A stretch of 63,428 bases of DNA, filler included, from Anaerolineae bacterium (GCA_041082215.1; 7 parts of 7 records of this genome joined end to end with filler, not necessarily neighbours in it); one strand, 5' to 3'. Positions 47,501 through 58,253 are shown, numbered from the whole stretch's first letter. Notes: a model not told the origin generated them from the letters alone. Translations and numbers: made by a program.

Positions 47501-47603
47501 CCACGAATCAGCAAATGGCACGAATTGGGCGACACAGACTCAGATGAGGCAGGGATTGCCTGGAGACATTCGTGGGATTCGGTCTGTTCGCGTCATTCGC
47601 GAT
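47501..47603. repeat. CACGAAT...ATTCG(T/C)G-type intergenic inverted repeat between convergent genes
   Basis: ccacgaat/cacgaat left arm and attcgtgg/attcgcg right arm. Confidence 0.5.
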
Positions 47604-47610
47604 GGGGCTC

Positions 47611-48834
47611 TTAAGTGCCTGCGAGAGCGTCCGATAGCTGGCCTGTTAGTGATAGGATCTCCAGCCGCAGGAGGTTGAGGGTTGCCTCGACGGCCAGCTC
47701 CCGCACCCTTATCCGGTCGCCGCTGTAGCTGAACCGGTGCGTGGCGCCCCTCCCATCCCTGTCCATGGCCACGGTCAACACCCCGTAGGGGCGGTTCGGC
47801 GGTGCATCGGGGGGGAGGAGCAGGTCGCCGGTCGCCAGCCCGATGCTGGCCCCAGCCTCCTGGCGGATGCGGGAGGCCAGCGTGGTCACTCTCTCCTCCG
47901 ACCCGCCTGCTTCCACGACCCGGGCCTCACGGAGCCAGCGGCTGCTTCCTTCTGCTTCTGTGAGCCGGGCGACGACCAGCCCGCCGGTCCCTCCTGCCGT
48001 CTCCGCCACGGCGAGCGTCAGGCCGTGTTCAGCCAGCAGGTCCCCCACCACCTGAGGCAGGTCCCGTTCGTCGGTGCAGAGAACGGCCTGGCCGAACGCC
48101 TCCTGCAGCGCTGCTATATCCGCTGCCAGAAGCCGCTCCGCCGCCCCGGCAGTCGTCCCCCGCGCCACCACCTCGACGGTGATGGTCCCCCGATGGGGCA
48201 GGAGTCCCAGCAGGGGGTTGCGCTCCCGTCCCAGCATCGGCCGGATCCGTTCCGCCACCTCGGATTCGGTGGGGCCGAACAGCCTGACCACCCCCCGCAG
48301 GACCGCTTCGTTTCCCCCGACCAGTTCCCGCAGGCGGGGGAGGATAAAGCTTTCCAGCATGCCTTCCATCTCATAGGGGACGCCGGGCACGACGAAGAGG
48401 TGGAGGTTTTCTTCCTGAAGGTAGAAGCCGATGGCAGTGCCCCGTTCGTTGGGGATGGGGCGGCTGCCTGCCGGGAGCTGGGCCTGTACCCGGTTCCTTT
48501 CCGGCATCGGTCGGCCCCGGCGGGCGAACCGTTCGCGGATCTGCTCCAGTGCCTCGCGGTCCTCCACCAGTGGACGGTCGAAGAAGGTGGCCACTGCCTG
48601 GCGGGTCAGATCGTCCTCCGTGGGGCCCAGTCCTCCGCTGACGATGACGACCTCTGCTGCCGCCATCGCCGTCCGCAGCCCGGCCTGGATGGCCTCCAGA
48701 TCGTCCCCTACGGTCAGATGGAGGACGGTTTCGAGGGGCACAGTGGCGAGTCGGCGGGCGATCGTCTGGGAGTTGGTGTCCAGCCGATAGCCGGATGTCA
48801 GCTCATCGCCGGTGGTGAGGATCGCTGCGCGCAT
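47611..48834 (-). CDS. cinA: Competence/damage-inducible CinA family protein
   Basis: TGDEL, DTNS, VGDD and GGLGPTEDDLTR motifs; degenerate C-terminal domain. Confidence 0.88.
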   Translation of the reverse strand: MRAAILTTGDELTSGYRLDTNSQTIARRLATVPLETVLHLTVGDDLEAIQAGLRTAMAAAEVVIVSGGLGPTEDDLTRQAVATFFDRPLVEDREALEQIRERFARRGRPMPERNRVQAQLPAGSRPIPNERGTAIGFYLQEENLHLFVVPGVPYEMEGMLESFILPRLRELVGGNEAVLRGVVRLFGPTESEVAERIRPMLGRERNPLLGLLPHRGTITVEVVARGTTAGAAERLLAADIAALQEAFGQAVLCTDERDLPQVVGDLLAEHGLTLAVAETAGGTGGLVVARLTEAEGSSRWLREARVVEAGGSEERVTTLASRIRQEAGASIGLATGDLLLPPDAPPNRPYGVLTVAMDRDGRGATHRFSYSGDRIRVRELAVEATLNLLRLEILSLTGQLSDALAGT

Positions 48835-48842
48835 AGGGGGGA

Positions 48843-51110
48843 CTACCCGCCGCTCTGGCCAGCCGTCAACTGCTGCAGGAGCTGCCGGTATGCGTCGGCG
48901 TTGGGCGGGTTGAGGCGGATGATGGCCTTGATGGTGACAATGGCATCCTGAGTGCGGCCTGCCTGAAGCTGAAGGTCGCCCAGGATGTCCAGGTTTTGCA
49001 ACGCTTCCTGGAGATTCCCCTCGTTCAGGTAGGCCTGGGCCAGCCGGGCGCGGAGCGGGATGTCGTCCGGCCGCTGGTCAACCAGGTCTTTCAGGATGAC
49101 GATCCCTTTCTGCGACCTTCCGGAATCCCTGTAGAGTCGGAGCAGGCTGTCCAGCTCCTGGACCGCTTTCTGAGGCTGGTTGAAGCGGTAGTAGAGGTCA
49201 ACCAGGGTCAGGTGCGCTTTCTCGTCGTCGGGGGCCAGGTCGCGGATCTGTTCATACACCTTCACAGCTCTCCGCCAGTCCACCCGCTGCATATCTATAT
49301 CGGCGATGCGGTGGAGGAAGCGGACCGGCCAGCGGCGCTGGGGGTTCCCCCGGGCGGCCAGCTGGAGGGCTTCGTTGAACCTCTCCCTCGCCAGGTCGAG
49401 CTGGGCCATCTGGTAATAGGTGTCGCCGAGGGCCATATAATGCTCGAGGGCTTTGTCAATCTCCCCATGGCTGATGAGGAGGTCAATCACCCGCGTGCGT
49501 ACGGCGACGTTCATCGGCTCCAGTTGCAGCGCCCGCTCATACATGGCCATAGCGTGGGAGAAGTTCCCCCGCACCCGGTAGACGTCGGCGATGGTGAGGA
49601 ATTTGGCGACGGCCTGCTCGACCTTGCCCATACTGAGGAGGATCTCTCCCATCTGTTGATGGATGGGGAGGAAGGTGGGGGCCAGGCTGAGGGTGTACTG
49701 CAACTCCTCCAGCGCAGCATAGCCCAGCTTGCGCCGCTGGTATTCCTGGGCCAGGCTGATGGATTGGAGGATGCGTTCAGAGCCAGGGACGGCGAGGACC
49801 TCTGCCAGGCTCAGGATCGGCCCCTGACGGCTCAGCGCGTCCAGCCGCTGTCGGGCCTGAGCGACCTTGTCCTCCCAGCCCTTTTCGCTGAGGAAGGCGA
49901 TGAGGGTGTTGACGAACTCGATCGCCTGGTCCGGCTCTCCTTTGACGGCATAGGTGTGGGCCAGTTGATCGTACAGACGGATCAGGTCGTCGGCCTGCTC
50001 CCGCTGCACCGTCTCCAGGTCCACGATTTTAAGCACTTCGAGGAAGCATTGCAGCGCCTGTTCGATGTTCCCCAGCGCCCGGTAGCATTCTCCCAGCGCA
50101 AACAGGCTGCCCAGCCGGTAGGCAGGCTCCTCCACCGATTGTTCGAACTGGGCGATGGCGTCCTCGAAGCGGAGCTCCTGCTGGTAGAGGAGGCCCAGGT
50201 TGAAGTTGATCGCGGGCTGGATGACGCCTCCCTTCAGGACCTCTTCGTAGCAGGCGATGGCTTCCCCGATCTCGCCCCGGGTCTGGCATTCGATGGCCTT
50301 GCTGATCAGCCCATCTACCGGTTTCTTGGAGAGGGGGCGCAGGACCAGGGGGCCGGTCTGGGGGGGTTTTTCGTCGAAGAACGTCTCTGCCAGGTGGCTC
50401 AGGGCCTTCTGGCGGGCGCTTTCGAGCGGGCTTCCCCGTTGTTCCGGCCCTGCTTCCAGTTCCTCTTCGGCGAAAGCCACGTCCAGCGGGCCGGTGGCGG
50501 GCCGTGGTGGAGGGGTCTGATTCCCGTAGCGTATCCGGTCCATCAGCGCCAGGATCTCCGGATTATGGGGGTCGAGCTTGAGGGCGTGCTGACAGATCTC
50601 CATCGCCTGGGGGGTCTGGCCCTGTGTGTGGTAGATGGAGGCCAGGGCCAGGTACTCTGCCAGGGCCTCTCGGGTCTTGCGCTGGTTCAGGTAGGCCCGC
50701 AGCAGGTTGACGTGGGCGGGGATACACTGGGGGTCGGCACGGACGGCGTCCTTCCAGCGTTCTATGGCCAGGCTGGGGGCCTGGCGGTGGGTGTGTCGTT
50801 CTGCAGCGGCCAGGTAGGCACGGGAGGCCTCCTGCTGGCGGCCCAGTTTTTCCAGCACGCGGGCGACATGCTCCATCAGGGTGGGGTCGTCCTTCGCTTT
50901 CTCGGCGGCCTGCTGGAGGACCTGGAGCGCCTCTTCTAACCGTCCCGCCCCTGAGAGGGCCAGTCCCAGCCCGCAGAGAGCGTCGGGGTCGCCGGGGAAC
51001 TCCTGCAATGCCCGCTGGTAGGCGGCAATTGCTTCGTTCCAGCGCTGCTCCCATGCGCGGGCGGAGCCTTCTCGAAGGGCTTCTTCATACAGGGCACGGT
51101 TTCCGGCCAC
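48843..51110 (-). CDS. Tetratricopeptide repeat protein
   Basis: Many TPR-like helices along 755 aa. Confidence 0.88.
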   Translation of the reverse strand: MAGNRALYEEALREGSARAWEQRWNEAIAAYQRALQEFPGDPDALCGLGLALSGAGRLEEALQVLQQAAEKAKDDPTLMEHVARVLEKLGRQQEASRAYLAAAERHTHRQAPSLAIERWKDAVRADPQCIPAHVNLLRAYLNQRKTREALAEYLALASIYHTQGQTPQAMEICQHALKLDPHNPEILALMDRIRYGNQTPPPRPATGPLDVAFAEEELEAGPEQRGSPLESARQKALSHLAETFFDEKPPQTGPLVLRPLSKKPVDGLISKAIECQTRGEIGEAIACYEEVLKGGVIQPAINFNLGLLYQQELRFEDAIAQFEQSVEEPAYRLGSLFALGECYRALGNIEQALQCFLEVLKIVDLETVQREQADDLIRLYDQLAHTYAVKGEPDQAIEFVNTLIAFLSEKGWEDKVAQARQRLDALSRQGPILSLAEVLAVPGSERILQSISLAQEYQRRKLGYAALEELQYTLSLAPTFLPIHQQMGEILLSMGKVEQAVAKFLTIADVYRVRGNFSHAMAMYERALQLEPMNVAVRTRVIDLLISHGEIDKALEHYMALGDTYYQMAQLDLARERFNEALQLAARGNPQRRWPVRFLHRIADIDMQRVDWRRAVKVYEQIRDLAPDDEKAHLTLVDLYYRFNQPQKAVQELDSLLRLYRDSGRSQKGIVILKDLVDQRPDDIPLRARLAQAYLNEGNLQEALQNLDILGDLQLQAGRTQDAIVTIKAIIRLNPPNADAYRQLLQQLTAGQSGG

Positions 51111-51127
51111 GGATTCCTCGCTAGTTG

Positions 51128-51165
51128 ATTGGGTAATTGGGTAATTGGGTGATTGGGTGACTGGG
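51128..51165. repeat. Short tandem 8-mer repeat ATTGGGT(A/G), about 5 copies
   Basis: attgggta attgggta attgggtg attgggtg actggg between argF and the TPR gene. Confidence 0.8.
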
Positions 51166-52086
51166 TTATGTTAGCAGTTCCACCAGGATTGCCTTTTGAG
51201 CGTGCATTCGGTTCTCAGCCTGGTCCCAGAGGACGGAGTGGGGGCCGTCGGCCACTTCATCGGTGATCTCCTGCCCCCGGTGGGCGGGTAGGCAGTGCAT
51301 CACGATCACATCCGGCCGGGCCTGGGCGACCAGGGCTGCGTTCACCTGGTAAGGGCGGAAGATGCGGGCCCGCTCCTCGGCTTCCTCCTCCTGTCCCATC
51401 GAGGCCCAGACGTCGGTGTAGATCACGTCGGCGTTGGCGACGGCCTCGGCGGGGTCGTGGGTGGAGAGGAGACGGCTGCCGCTCTCGGCGGCGAACCGCT
51501 GTCCCTGGGCCCATACATCGGCGGGGAGTTCGTAGCCGGGCGGCCCGGCGATGGCGAAATCCATCCCCAGCTTTGTCGCTCCGAAGAGGAGGGAGGTGGC
51601 CACGTTGTTCCCATCGCCGATGAAGGCCAGCTTCCTGCCCCGAAGCTCCCGTCCCTTTTTCTCGACGACGGTGAGGAAATCCGCCAGCCCCTGGCATGGA
51701 TGGCTGTAGTCGGAGAGGCCGTTGATGACCGGGACGCGGGAGTATTCGGCCAGGGTGACGACGTCGGAGTGGGCGAAGACGCGGGCCATGATGGCGTCCA
51801 CATAGCGGGAGAGGACGCGGGCCACGTCGGGCACGCTTTCCCGCTTGCCGAGCTGGATCTCGAAGGGGGAAAGGTAAAGGGCCTGCCCGCCCAGATGGAT
51901 CATCGCCATGTCGAAAGAGACGCGGGTACGGAGGGAGGGCTTCTGGAAGATCATCCCCAGCGTTTTGCCAGCCAGGAGGGGGCGGTTTCCCCCCTGCTGC
52001 CATTCTTTCTTGAGCTCGATGGCCAGGTCCAGAAGGTGCCATAGTTCCTTGGAGGTGAGATCGGCCAGGCTGAGGAAATGTTTCAT
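51166..52086 (-). CDS. argF: Ornithine carbamoyltransferase
   Basis: SLRTR, HPCQ, DVWASMG, HCLP and AENR motifs. Confidence 0.92.
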   Translation of the reverse strand: MKHFLSLADLTSKELWHLLDLAIELKKEWQQGGNRPLLAGKTLGMIFQKPSLRTRVSFDMAMIHLGGQALYLSPFEIQLGKRESVPDVARVLSRYVDAIMARVFAHSDVVTLAEYSRVPVINGLSDYSHPCQGLADFLTVVEKKGRELRGRKLAFIGDGNNVATSLLFGATKLGMDFAIAGPPGYELPADVWAQGQRFAAESGSRLLSTHDPAEAVANADVIYTDVWASMGQEEEAEERARIFRPYQVNAALVAQARPDVIVMHCLPAHRGQEITDEVADGPHSVLWDQAENRMHAQKAILVELLT

Positions 52087-52249
52087 CGTGACCTCCCAGG
52101 GAAGGGTTTTCTGCGTTTAAGTATACCACAACGATTCAGGAGGGGCAACGGGGGGGCTGACGGGGAGTTCGATGGACAGCCCTCACCTCTCCCCCTACCC
52201 CCTCCCCTCCCGCCGGGCGGGGGAAGGGGGGGCGCCCGCCGCAGGCGGG

Positions 52250-52349
52250 NNNNNNNNNNNNNNNNNNNNNNNNNNNNNNNNNNNNNNNNNNNNTTAATTA
52301 ATTAANNNNNNNNNNNNNNNNNNNNNNNNNNNNNNNNNNNNNNNNNNNN
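52250..52349. other. Artificial contig linker
   Basis: N-run with TTAATTAATTAA. Confidence 0.99.
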
Positions 52350-53792
52350 CCCGTTCACCACCCCCTTCACCCGCTCCCCGCCCGGACCGTAGACGAAGGT
52401 GGCCATCGTCGCTCCGTTCTTCGTCACCCCCACCAGCCGGTTCTCCGCATCATACGTCAGAACGTAAGTGTCGCTCCCGATCACCCGCTTCACCTGATTC
52501 CCGTTCCGGTCGTAGCAGAAACTCTTCGTCCCCGCCAACACCACCGCATGCGGCTTGCTAAGCGCTCCATCCGGACAACTTTCGCTCTGAACACCGTAGG
52601 TATAGGCCACCCCGCCTTTGCTCGTCAGGTTCCCGATCTTGCCGTTGTCCCCCTCGTACGCATACGACTCGCTGTACTTCCCGTACGTCCCCCCACTCAC
52701 CACCGCGCTTAAGAGCCGGTTCAGCTCATCATAGGTGAAACTCTGCGTCTGCGGGCTCCCCGCCTTCCAGTCCTGGATCTGCTTCACGTTCCCCACCAGA
52801 TCATAGTCGGTGTAGCGCAGGTCCATCAGCGAGCTCCCCTCGCTCGCCGTCCCCGCCGTCATCCGTGACAGCCGCCCCCGCCCTTCGCCACTCCCTCCGC
52901 TCCAGGGGTAGTAGGAGTAGTCCACCAGCACCACTTCCCCCAGATTCATCCCGTCCACCGCTCCCCAGGCGGTATACCCCATCCCGTCCAGGTAGATGTC
53001 CGCCCCGCTCATCCCCGTGAGCAACCCGCGCGCCCCATACCCGTACGTCACCACCTCCCCATCCGGATACCGCATCGTCTGCACCCGATCCATCGCGTCA
53101 TAGGTGTACGAGGTGGTGTACGAGGTCCCGTCTACCCATACCTTCTCCTCCACCGTCCGCCCCCGCTCGTCGTACCGGTAGTCGTGACCGTTCGTCTGGT
53201 AACTGCTCCCTACATAGGCCCGCCGCAACTTCCCCCACGAGTTGGCCGCATCCGCATCCCCCAGCGCGTTGTCGTACTGGTAGCTCACGTTCAGCGGCGC
53301 CCCCGGCCCGGGCACCGGGCAGGTGGCGTCCCCCCAGTAGATCTTCCCCACCAGCCGGTTCATCTCGTCGTAGTAGAAGCAGATGCGCTGCCCCCGCGCA
53401 TCCCGCTGCCACACCAGGTTCCCCGCCGCATCGTAGCCATACGTCCACACCCCCATATCCGGGTCGTTCATCTGCACCTTCCGCCCCAGCATATCGTAGA
53501 AGATTTGCGTCTCGTTCCCCGCCGCATCCACCACCCCGATCAGCTGGTCCCGCACATCGTAACCGTAGTCCGTCGTGGCATACGGCGCGGGCAGATTGCC
53601 CCAGTCCGGCTCGCTGAAGCTGCCCGTGTACTCCTTCACCCGGATCAGCCGCCCCAGCGCATCGCTCTCCCGGATCACCATATGCCCGTTTTCGTCAATC
53701 GTCGCCACCTGCCGGCCGCTGTAGCGCGTCTTCACCACCGTCCCGTCGGTGTTCGTTACCACCACCGTCCGCCCCAGGGCATCGTAACCCAT
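52350..53792 (-). CDS. RHS/YD-repeat core fragment (5'-truncated, runs off the contig)
   Basis: Numerous YD..GR repeats and DPDMG. RHS-like frame extends only to a stop at about 53841. Confidence 0.88.
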
Positions 53793-53922
53793 CTCCGTCC
53801 GGGGATTGCTGCCCGCATCCCGGTAGCCGCTCCTGGAAAACTACTGCTAGCACCAGCTCCCGCTAAGCGCTATGTTCACCCGGCACCGCCACCTCCCACT
53901 AGCTGCCCCCGGCAGGGCCAGC

Positions 53923-55011
53923 CTAGGGACGAACCCGAATCAGGTATACCTGGCTGCCAAATGCCACGCTTGGCGGGTGCGAGGTGTACTGACAAATGCC
54001 GGCAAGCCACTCGCTGCCAGGTGACCAGGTATAATGTTTGAAATTGCAGATCCGTGGGTCGACCAGCAGGCGGCGGCTGGTTCCATCGCTCCCAAGGACC
54101 CACAGTTGCCCCCTGACTATAAATGCAAACTTGCTCCCGTCCGGCGACCAGGCGGGGCAAAACTCGTAGACCCGCCGCGTTCGTGTCAGATTGACCGGAT
54201 CAGACCCGTCCGCATTCACCAGCCAGATATCCTCCTGCCCTGCGCGATCGGAGTTAAAGGCGATCTTTTTCCCGTCCGGAGACCACGAAGGCGAGTAGTC
54301 CCAGCTTGGAGATCGGCTCACGTTAGTCACCTGGAGATTATTGAGATCCACCACGTAGATTTCACGGTTCGACTGAAGCGACTCAGGATCCCCCTCCACT
54401 GTAACGAAGGCGATCTTCTGCCCATCCGGGGACCAGGAAAGGTTCTTCTTACAAGGCCCCACAAAGTCTTCGCACCTGTGGCCGGTGAGCAGTCTCTCCT
54501 CCCGCCCGTCCGAACGCACGACCCACACCCCATCCCACGAGCACAACGCAATCCATTCCCCGGTTGGGGACCAGATCGCCCCACCCTTTCGCTCAGAAAT
54601 CCGCGAGAGCCCATTCCCGTCGGGCCGGATCACGTAAACGCCGCCCGAGTTTTCCGGAGCGCGAGACCAGCGCACGAAGGCGATCCGATCCCCTTGCGGA
54701 GACCAGGTCAGCCAGACCGCCCGGGCATACTGCTCCAATCCCAGGATTTGCACCACGTTCCGTGATGGCCGGTCGAGCCGGAACACTCCCTCCTCGCAGG
54801 AAAAGGCAAGGGCCGAGCCGTCCGGAGACCAGCTCACATCGTAGCAGCCGTTCAGTCCCTTGATGGAAAAGGCAAGCAGGAGGTCAGGAGGACGGGAAAA
54901 GTCCTGCAGCGGGCCGATTGTCGGCCACCCGTAGTAGCAGGAGAATGAGCTTGCTGCTACAAGGAGGGCAAAGAGCAAGAGCCGGCCGCCATAGGAGCTC
55001 GTCCGTTTCAC
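53923..55011 (-). CDS. TolB-like (PD40) beta-propeller, probable lipoprotein; candidate immunity protein
   Basis: GGGAGG RBS with GTG start; signal peptide ending SFSC; repeated WSPDG motifs; directly downstream of an RHS C-terminus. Confidence 0.8.
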   Translation of the reverse strand: MKRTSSYGGRLLLFALLVAASSFSCYYGWPTIGPLQDFSRPPDLLLAFSIKGLNGCYDVSWSPDGSALAFSCEEGVFRLDRPSRNVVQILGLEQYARAVWLTWSPQGDRIAFVRWSRAPENSGGVYVIRPDGNGLSRISERKGGAIWSPTGEWIALCSWDGVWVVRSDGREERLLTGHRCEDFVGPCKKNLSWSPDGQKIAFVTVEGDPESLQSNREIYVVDLNNLQVTNVSRSPSWDYSPSWSPDGKKIAFNSDRAGQEDIWLVNADGSDPVNLTRTRRVYEFCPAWSPDGSKFAFIVRGQLWVLGSDGTSRRLLVDPRICNFKHYTWSPGSEWLAGICQYTSHPPSVAFGSQVYLIRVRP

Positions 55012-55025
55012 TTCTTGCCTCCCTT

Positions 55026-55895
55026 TCAGTGCTGATCCCAGGGCGGGTGGCCGAGGAGCAGCCGGGCCGCTCCTAAAGGCGCGAAAGGCAGAAACGGGGG
55101 ACCAAGGAAGTATGGAATCTGAGCTTGCCATTCGTAGTGAAATGGCCCTGGAGCGTCGTGCGTCTCAACCCATTCCCTCAAGTCCATAGTAAGCGCCTCA
55201 TACGTGCTTTGCGCTTTTTCTATGGCTTCGTCAGGACTTGTCCCAGCGGACCGCAAGACCTCTTCATACACCCGGCCGGCTCTTTGATCGCATCGGTACT
55301 CCTGTTCATCGGAATCGAAAAAGCCAAAGTTTGCCATGGCGTGGGCACTCTCGTGAGCAACGACACCCAGCGCCCAATCAGGGTTGCTCAGGATATTGGG
55401 ATTCAGACTGATATGGTACCCGCCAAACGTCGCGCTGGTGAAGCCACAATAACGAACCTCCCGCCAGTCCACACCGGGACGATGGTCGCGCCAGTAGTCC
55501 AGGATCTTCCACGATTCGGAGCCCTTGCCCCAATACATTGCCGAGGCATACAGTCGCAGCAGGATAGCGGTAACCTGTTCGTCGTATCCCCAGCTGTAGA
55601 TCGCTTCCGCCGTGATAGGGACATTGTCCGGGTCATAGAGGTAGGTCCACTCATCGTCTGGTGGGTCGTAGGGATCATCCGGGTTGGTTCCACCCTCATA
55701 GGCGTGCCCCATCGGGTCCGTGTACCGCAGCGGGTTGTTCCGCACGTAGGCAAAGCGGTTTAGCCCCTGCACATCACCCGGCTCCGGCACCACCGTGTCC
55801 GGCTGCACAAAGCGCCCCAGCGCCGGGCGCAGCGCCGCCGCGCCCATACAACCCCACGCCTTGTAGCGCATCTCCCCCACCTTCGCCCCATCCAT
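55026..55895 (-). CDS. Orphan RHS C-terminal module with HExxH toxin domain
   Basis: LGRFVQPD...NRFAYVRNNPLRYTDPMG followed by a variable tip containing HESAH. Confidence 0.82.
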   Translation of the reverse strand: MDGAKVGEMRYKAWGCMGAAALRPALGRFVQPDTVVPEPGDVQGLNRFAYVRNNPLRYTDPMGHAYEGGTNPDDPYDPPDDEWTYLYDPDNVPITAEAIYSWGYDEQVTAILLRLYASAMYWGKGSESWKILDYWRDHRPGVDWREVRYCGFTSATFGGYHISLNPNILSNPDWALGVVAHESAHAMANFGFFDSDEQEYRCDQRAGRVYEEVLRSAGTSPDEAIEKAQSTYEALTMDLREWVETHDAPGPFHYEWQAQIPYFLGPPFLPFAPLGAARLLLGHPPWDQH

Positions 55896-56441
55896 CCCGT
55901 TGGCGGTGATCGCCGTCGAGCCCGCAACCCCGTTGATCGTTGCGCGTTGATCGTTCCTCGTTAGAGGGCAGAAGGAGAGGGCGTCGGAGGCGAAACGACC
56001 TTTGAGAGCAGACGCCAGGAATAGGCCAAATGCGGTTGTTCAGGTGCGAGAAGAATGTATCTTTAGTATACCACGCGGCTGGCCTTTCCGCTTTCGGCCG
56101 CGGACAAGGCCACTTGGCTCCTGCCCCTTGCGTCCCCGTGGGGCATCCCGCTTTCGGCCGGCGGGCCGGGCCGTTCGCCGTAGGCCCTCCCCGCAAGTCC
56201 GCTCCCGCTTGCGGGGAGGGACAGGGAAGGGTCTTGCGGGCGGGCCGGGCTTGAGGACAACGAGGATTGTCCCGAAACGCCGGCCGGCCTTCCTTCGCAG
56301 AGGGTTCTGCCCTCGGCACCTCGGACATCCCAACGATGCTATTGGTAGGTGGGTGACGGCTCGAGACCATCTCCAGAGCCAATGCCGGTGTGGGCAGATT
56401 GGCTGGGATGAGAGGGAGACAAGGGTAGACATCCCCGGTTG

Positions 56442-57059
56442 CTACTCGGTGAAGCCATTCCACTCCAGAAGAGTGATATACGGATCTCCCCGATCAGCAC
56501 GAATGAGTTCTTCCACTGTGGTTGGGGTATAAAACACTCTGCGGGTTATCTCATCGGTAACACGGAAAGAACTGCAAGCCCGCCACTCCAGAGCACCAAG
56601 ACAAGGGGAAAGAAACATCATTCCCCTGCTGGGGTAGTAAAACTGCTTCGAGGGGTATACCGGCGGTCCTGGCAGGTTGTTTTGGGTGATAATCTCTACG
56701 ATTTCAGGAGGCCCCAGTGTTCCGACGATATCCCCAAGGGTGCAGTCGGAAATATCATACTGGATGACATAGTTCACAAGTTCGGCAGAAAAAAAGAGAC
56801 TTGTCGATAGGTGTGAATACCACCACTGTTCCCGTCCGAACTCCAGGCTTACCTCATCTGGCCTTCCCAACAAGGCCAATACCTCTTCTTTACCGGTTTT
56901 CCCCGGCACGATCCCCAAAGGCTCCAAACACTTGTTGCCGGGTCGAGGAGATGGGGCTAAGTTGAGACCGATATTTCTTTGCGGGGATGCCGCGCACCCC
57001 GCCAGGAGAAGAACCCATCCTGCTAGCCATACGAACCTTGGCCATAAAGTCCTCATCAT
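56442..57059 (-). CDS. Lipoprotein with SmpA/BamE-like domain; candidate immunity protein
   Basis: Lipobox LAGC; PGKTGKEEVLALLGRPD...QWWY; start overlaps the toxin stop codon (ATGA). Confidence 0.78.
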   Translation of the reverse strand: MMRTLWPRFVWLAGWVLLLAGCAASPQRNIGLNLAPSPRPGNKCLEPLGIVPGKTGKEEVLALLGRPDEVSLEFGREQWWYSHLSTSLFFSAELVNYVIQYDISDCTLGDIVGTLGPPEIVEIITQNNLPGPPVYPSKQFYYPSRGMMFLSPCLGALEWRACSSFRVTDEITRRVFYTPTTVEELIRADRGDPYITLLEWNGFTE

Positions 57060-58253
57060 CGACCCCCCATTTTCCGCCCGTAGAGCAGAGGCAACATAAA
57101 GTTCGCCCAGTAATGTCTTACTTCCTGTGGACGATCTACCCCCAGCGCGTAAAGGCCGATCTCCGTGCTAAGTGATTCAAAGGCAGCGAAACCAGGATGA
57201 GGAACGACACCTCCTACGGCCCTAGCATACTCATCGTCCACAAAGGAGTTGGCCCGTGGGTCTTCTGCTTTGAGGCCATCTAGAAAAACATGGCCGATTT
57301 CATGGCTTAACATCCACTCACTCGGCTCCACTGTGAAACCCCAGTCGTACTTCTCCATCACCTCTGGGTCGAAGAAGGAATCCCAGACCTTGATCCGACC
57401 TTCCCGGTCAGCCCACCCAGCCGGGTCATCCCCCTTCTCTCGGATACGTTCGAATACCAGGTTCTCCATCCTTCCGTTCGTCTGTGCCATCACACCGTGC
57501 CGAATGGCTGTGAGGAATCGATCTCGACCATAAGCAGCGGCATATGCATCAAGCATGGTCACAACCGAGTAGAGGGCATCGCTCTCCCATCTTCCGGCAA
57601 ATCCTATCCCTGCTTCAAGCCAGAAGAGTAGGCTGTTTAGCATGGCTAGAGACCAGAACTGAAGATATACGTAATCACTACCGAGGTAGCCTACCGCTTG
57701 GCGGTAGGCGCGCCAGCATTCGTCCTCTTCTGGATCGTGCTGTTGAGCCGTGCCTTTGCAATGGCCGCTGGGATCACTATACCGGCAGGGGTTGTTCGAG
57801 ACATAGGAGTAACGGTTCAGATTCTGGGGATTGCTTGGCCCGGACACAATGGTGTCCGGCTGCACAAAGCGCCCCAGCGCGGGCGCAGCGCGGCTGCGCC
57901 CGTACCAGCGCGCCTGGTAGAAGTACAGCCCCAGCGAGACCTCCCACCGCTGCCCCGTGTAGCGGTACGTCGTCGGCACCGTGCCCGAGGCGCAGGGGCG
58001 CAGCGCCGCTGCGCCCATACACCCCCAAGCCCTGTACCGCACCTCCCCTACCTTCGCCCCCGAGGCGTTCGCCACCACCGCCGTGCTCCCCAGGTGATCC
58101 GCAAGCAGCCAGTAGGGGTTTGGCGGCGCCAAACCCTTACTGCCTCGTAGTGGTTCCCCACATACACTGTCGTCACCCCGTTCACCACCCCCTTCACCCG
58201 CTCCCCGCCCGGACCGTAGAAGAAGGTGGCCATCGTCGCTCCGTTCTTCGTCA
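57056..58253 (-). pseudogene. RHS core plus HExxH C-terminal toxin, frameshifted at a palindrome at about 58110-58142
   Basis: YGPGGERVK...NHYE in one frame and YWLLADHLGST...NNPCRYSDPSG...HEIGH in another. Confidence 0.8.
57992..58020. repeat. REP-like palindrome G(C/T)AGGGGCGCAGCG...CGCTGCGCCC inside coding sequence
   Basis: Related copies at 57880-57905, 55825-55849 and 58930-58957 (the last a perfect 28-bp palindrome). Confidence 0.8.
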
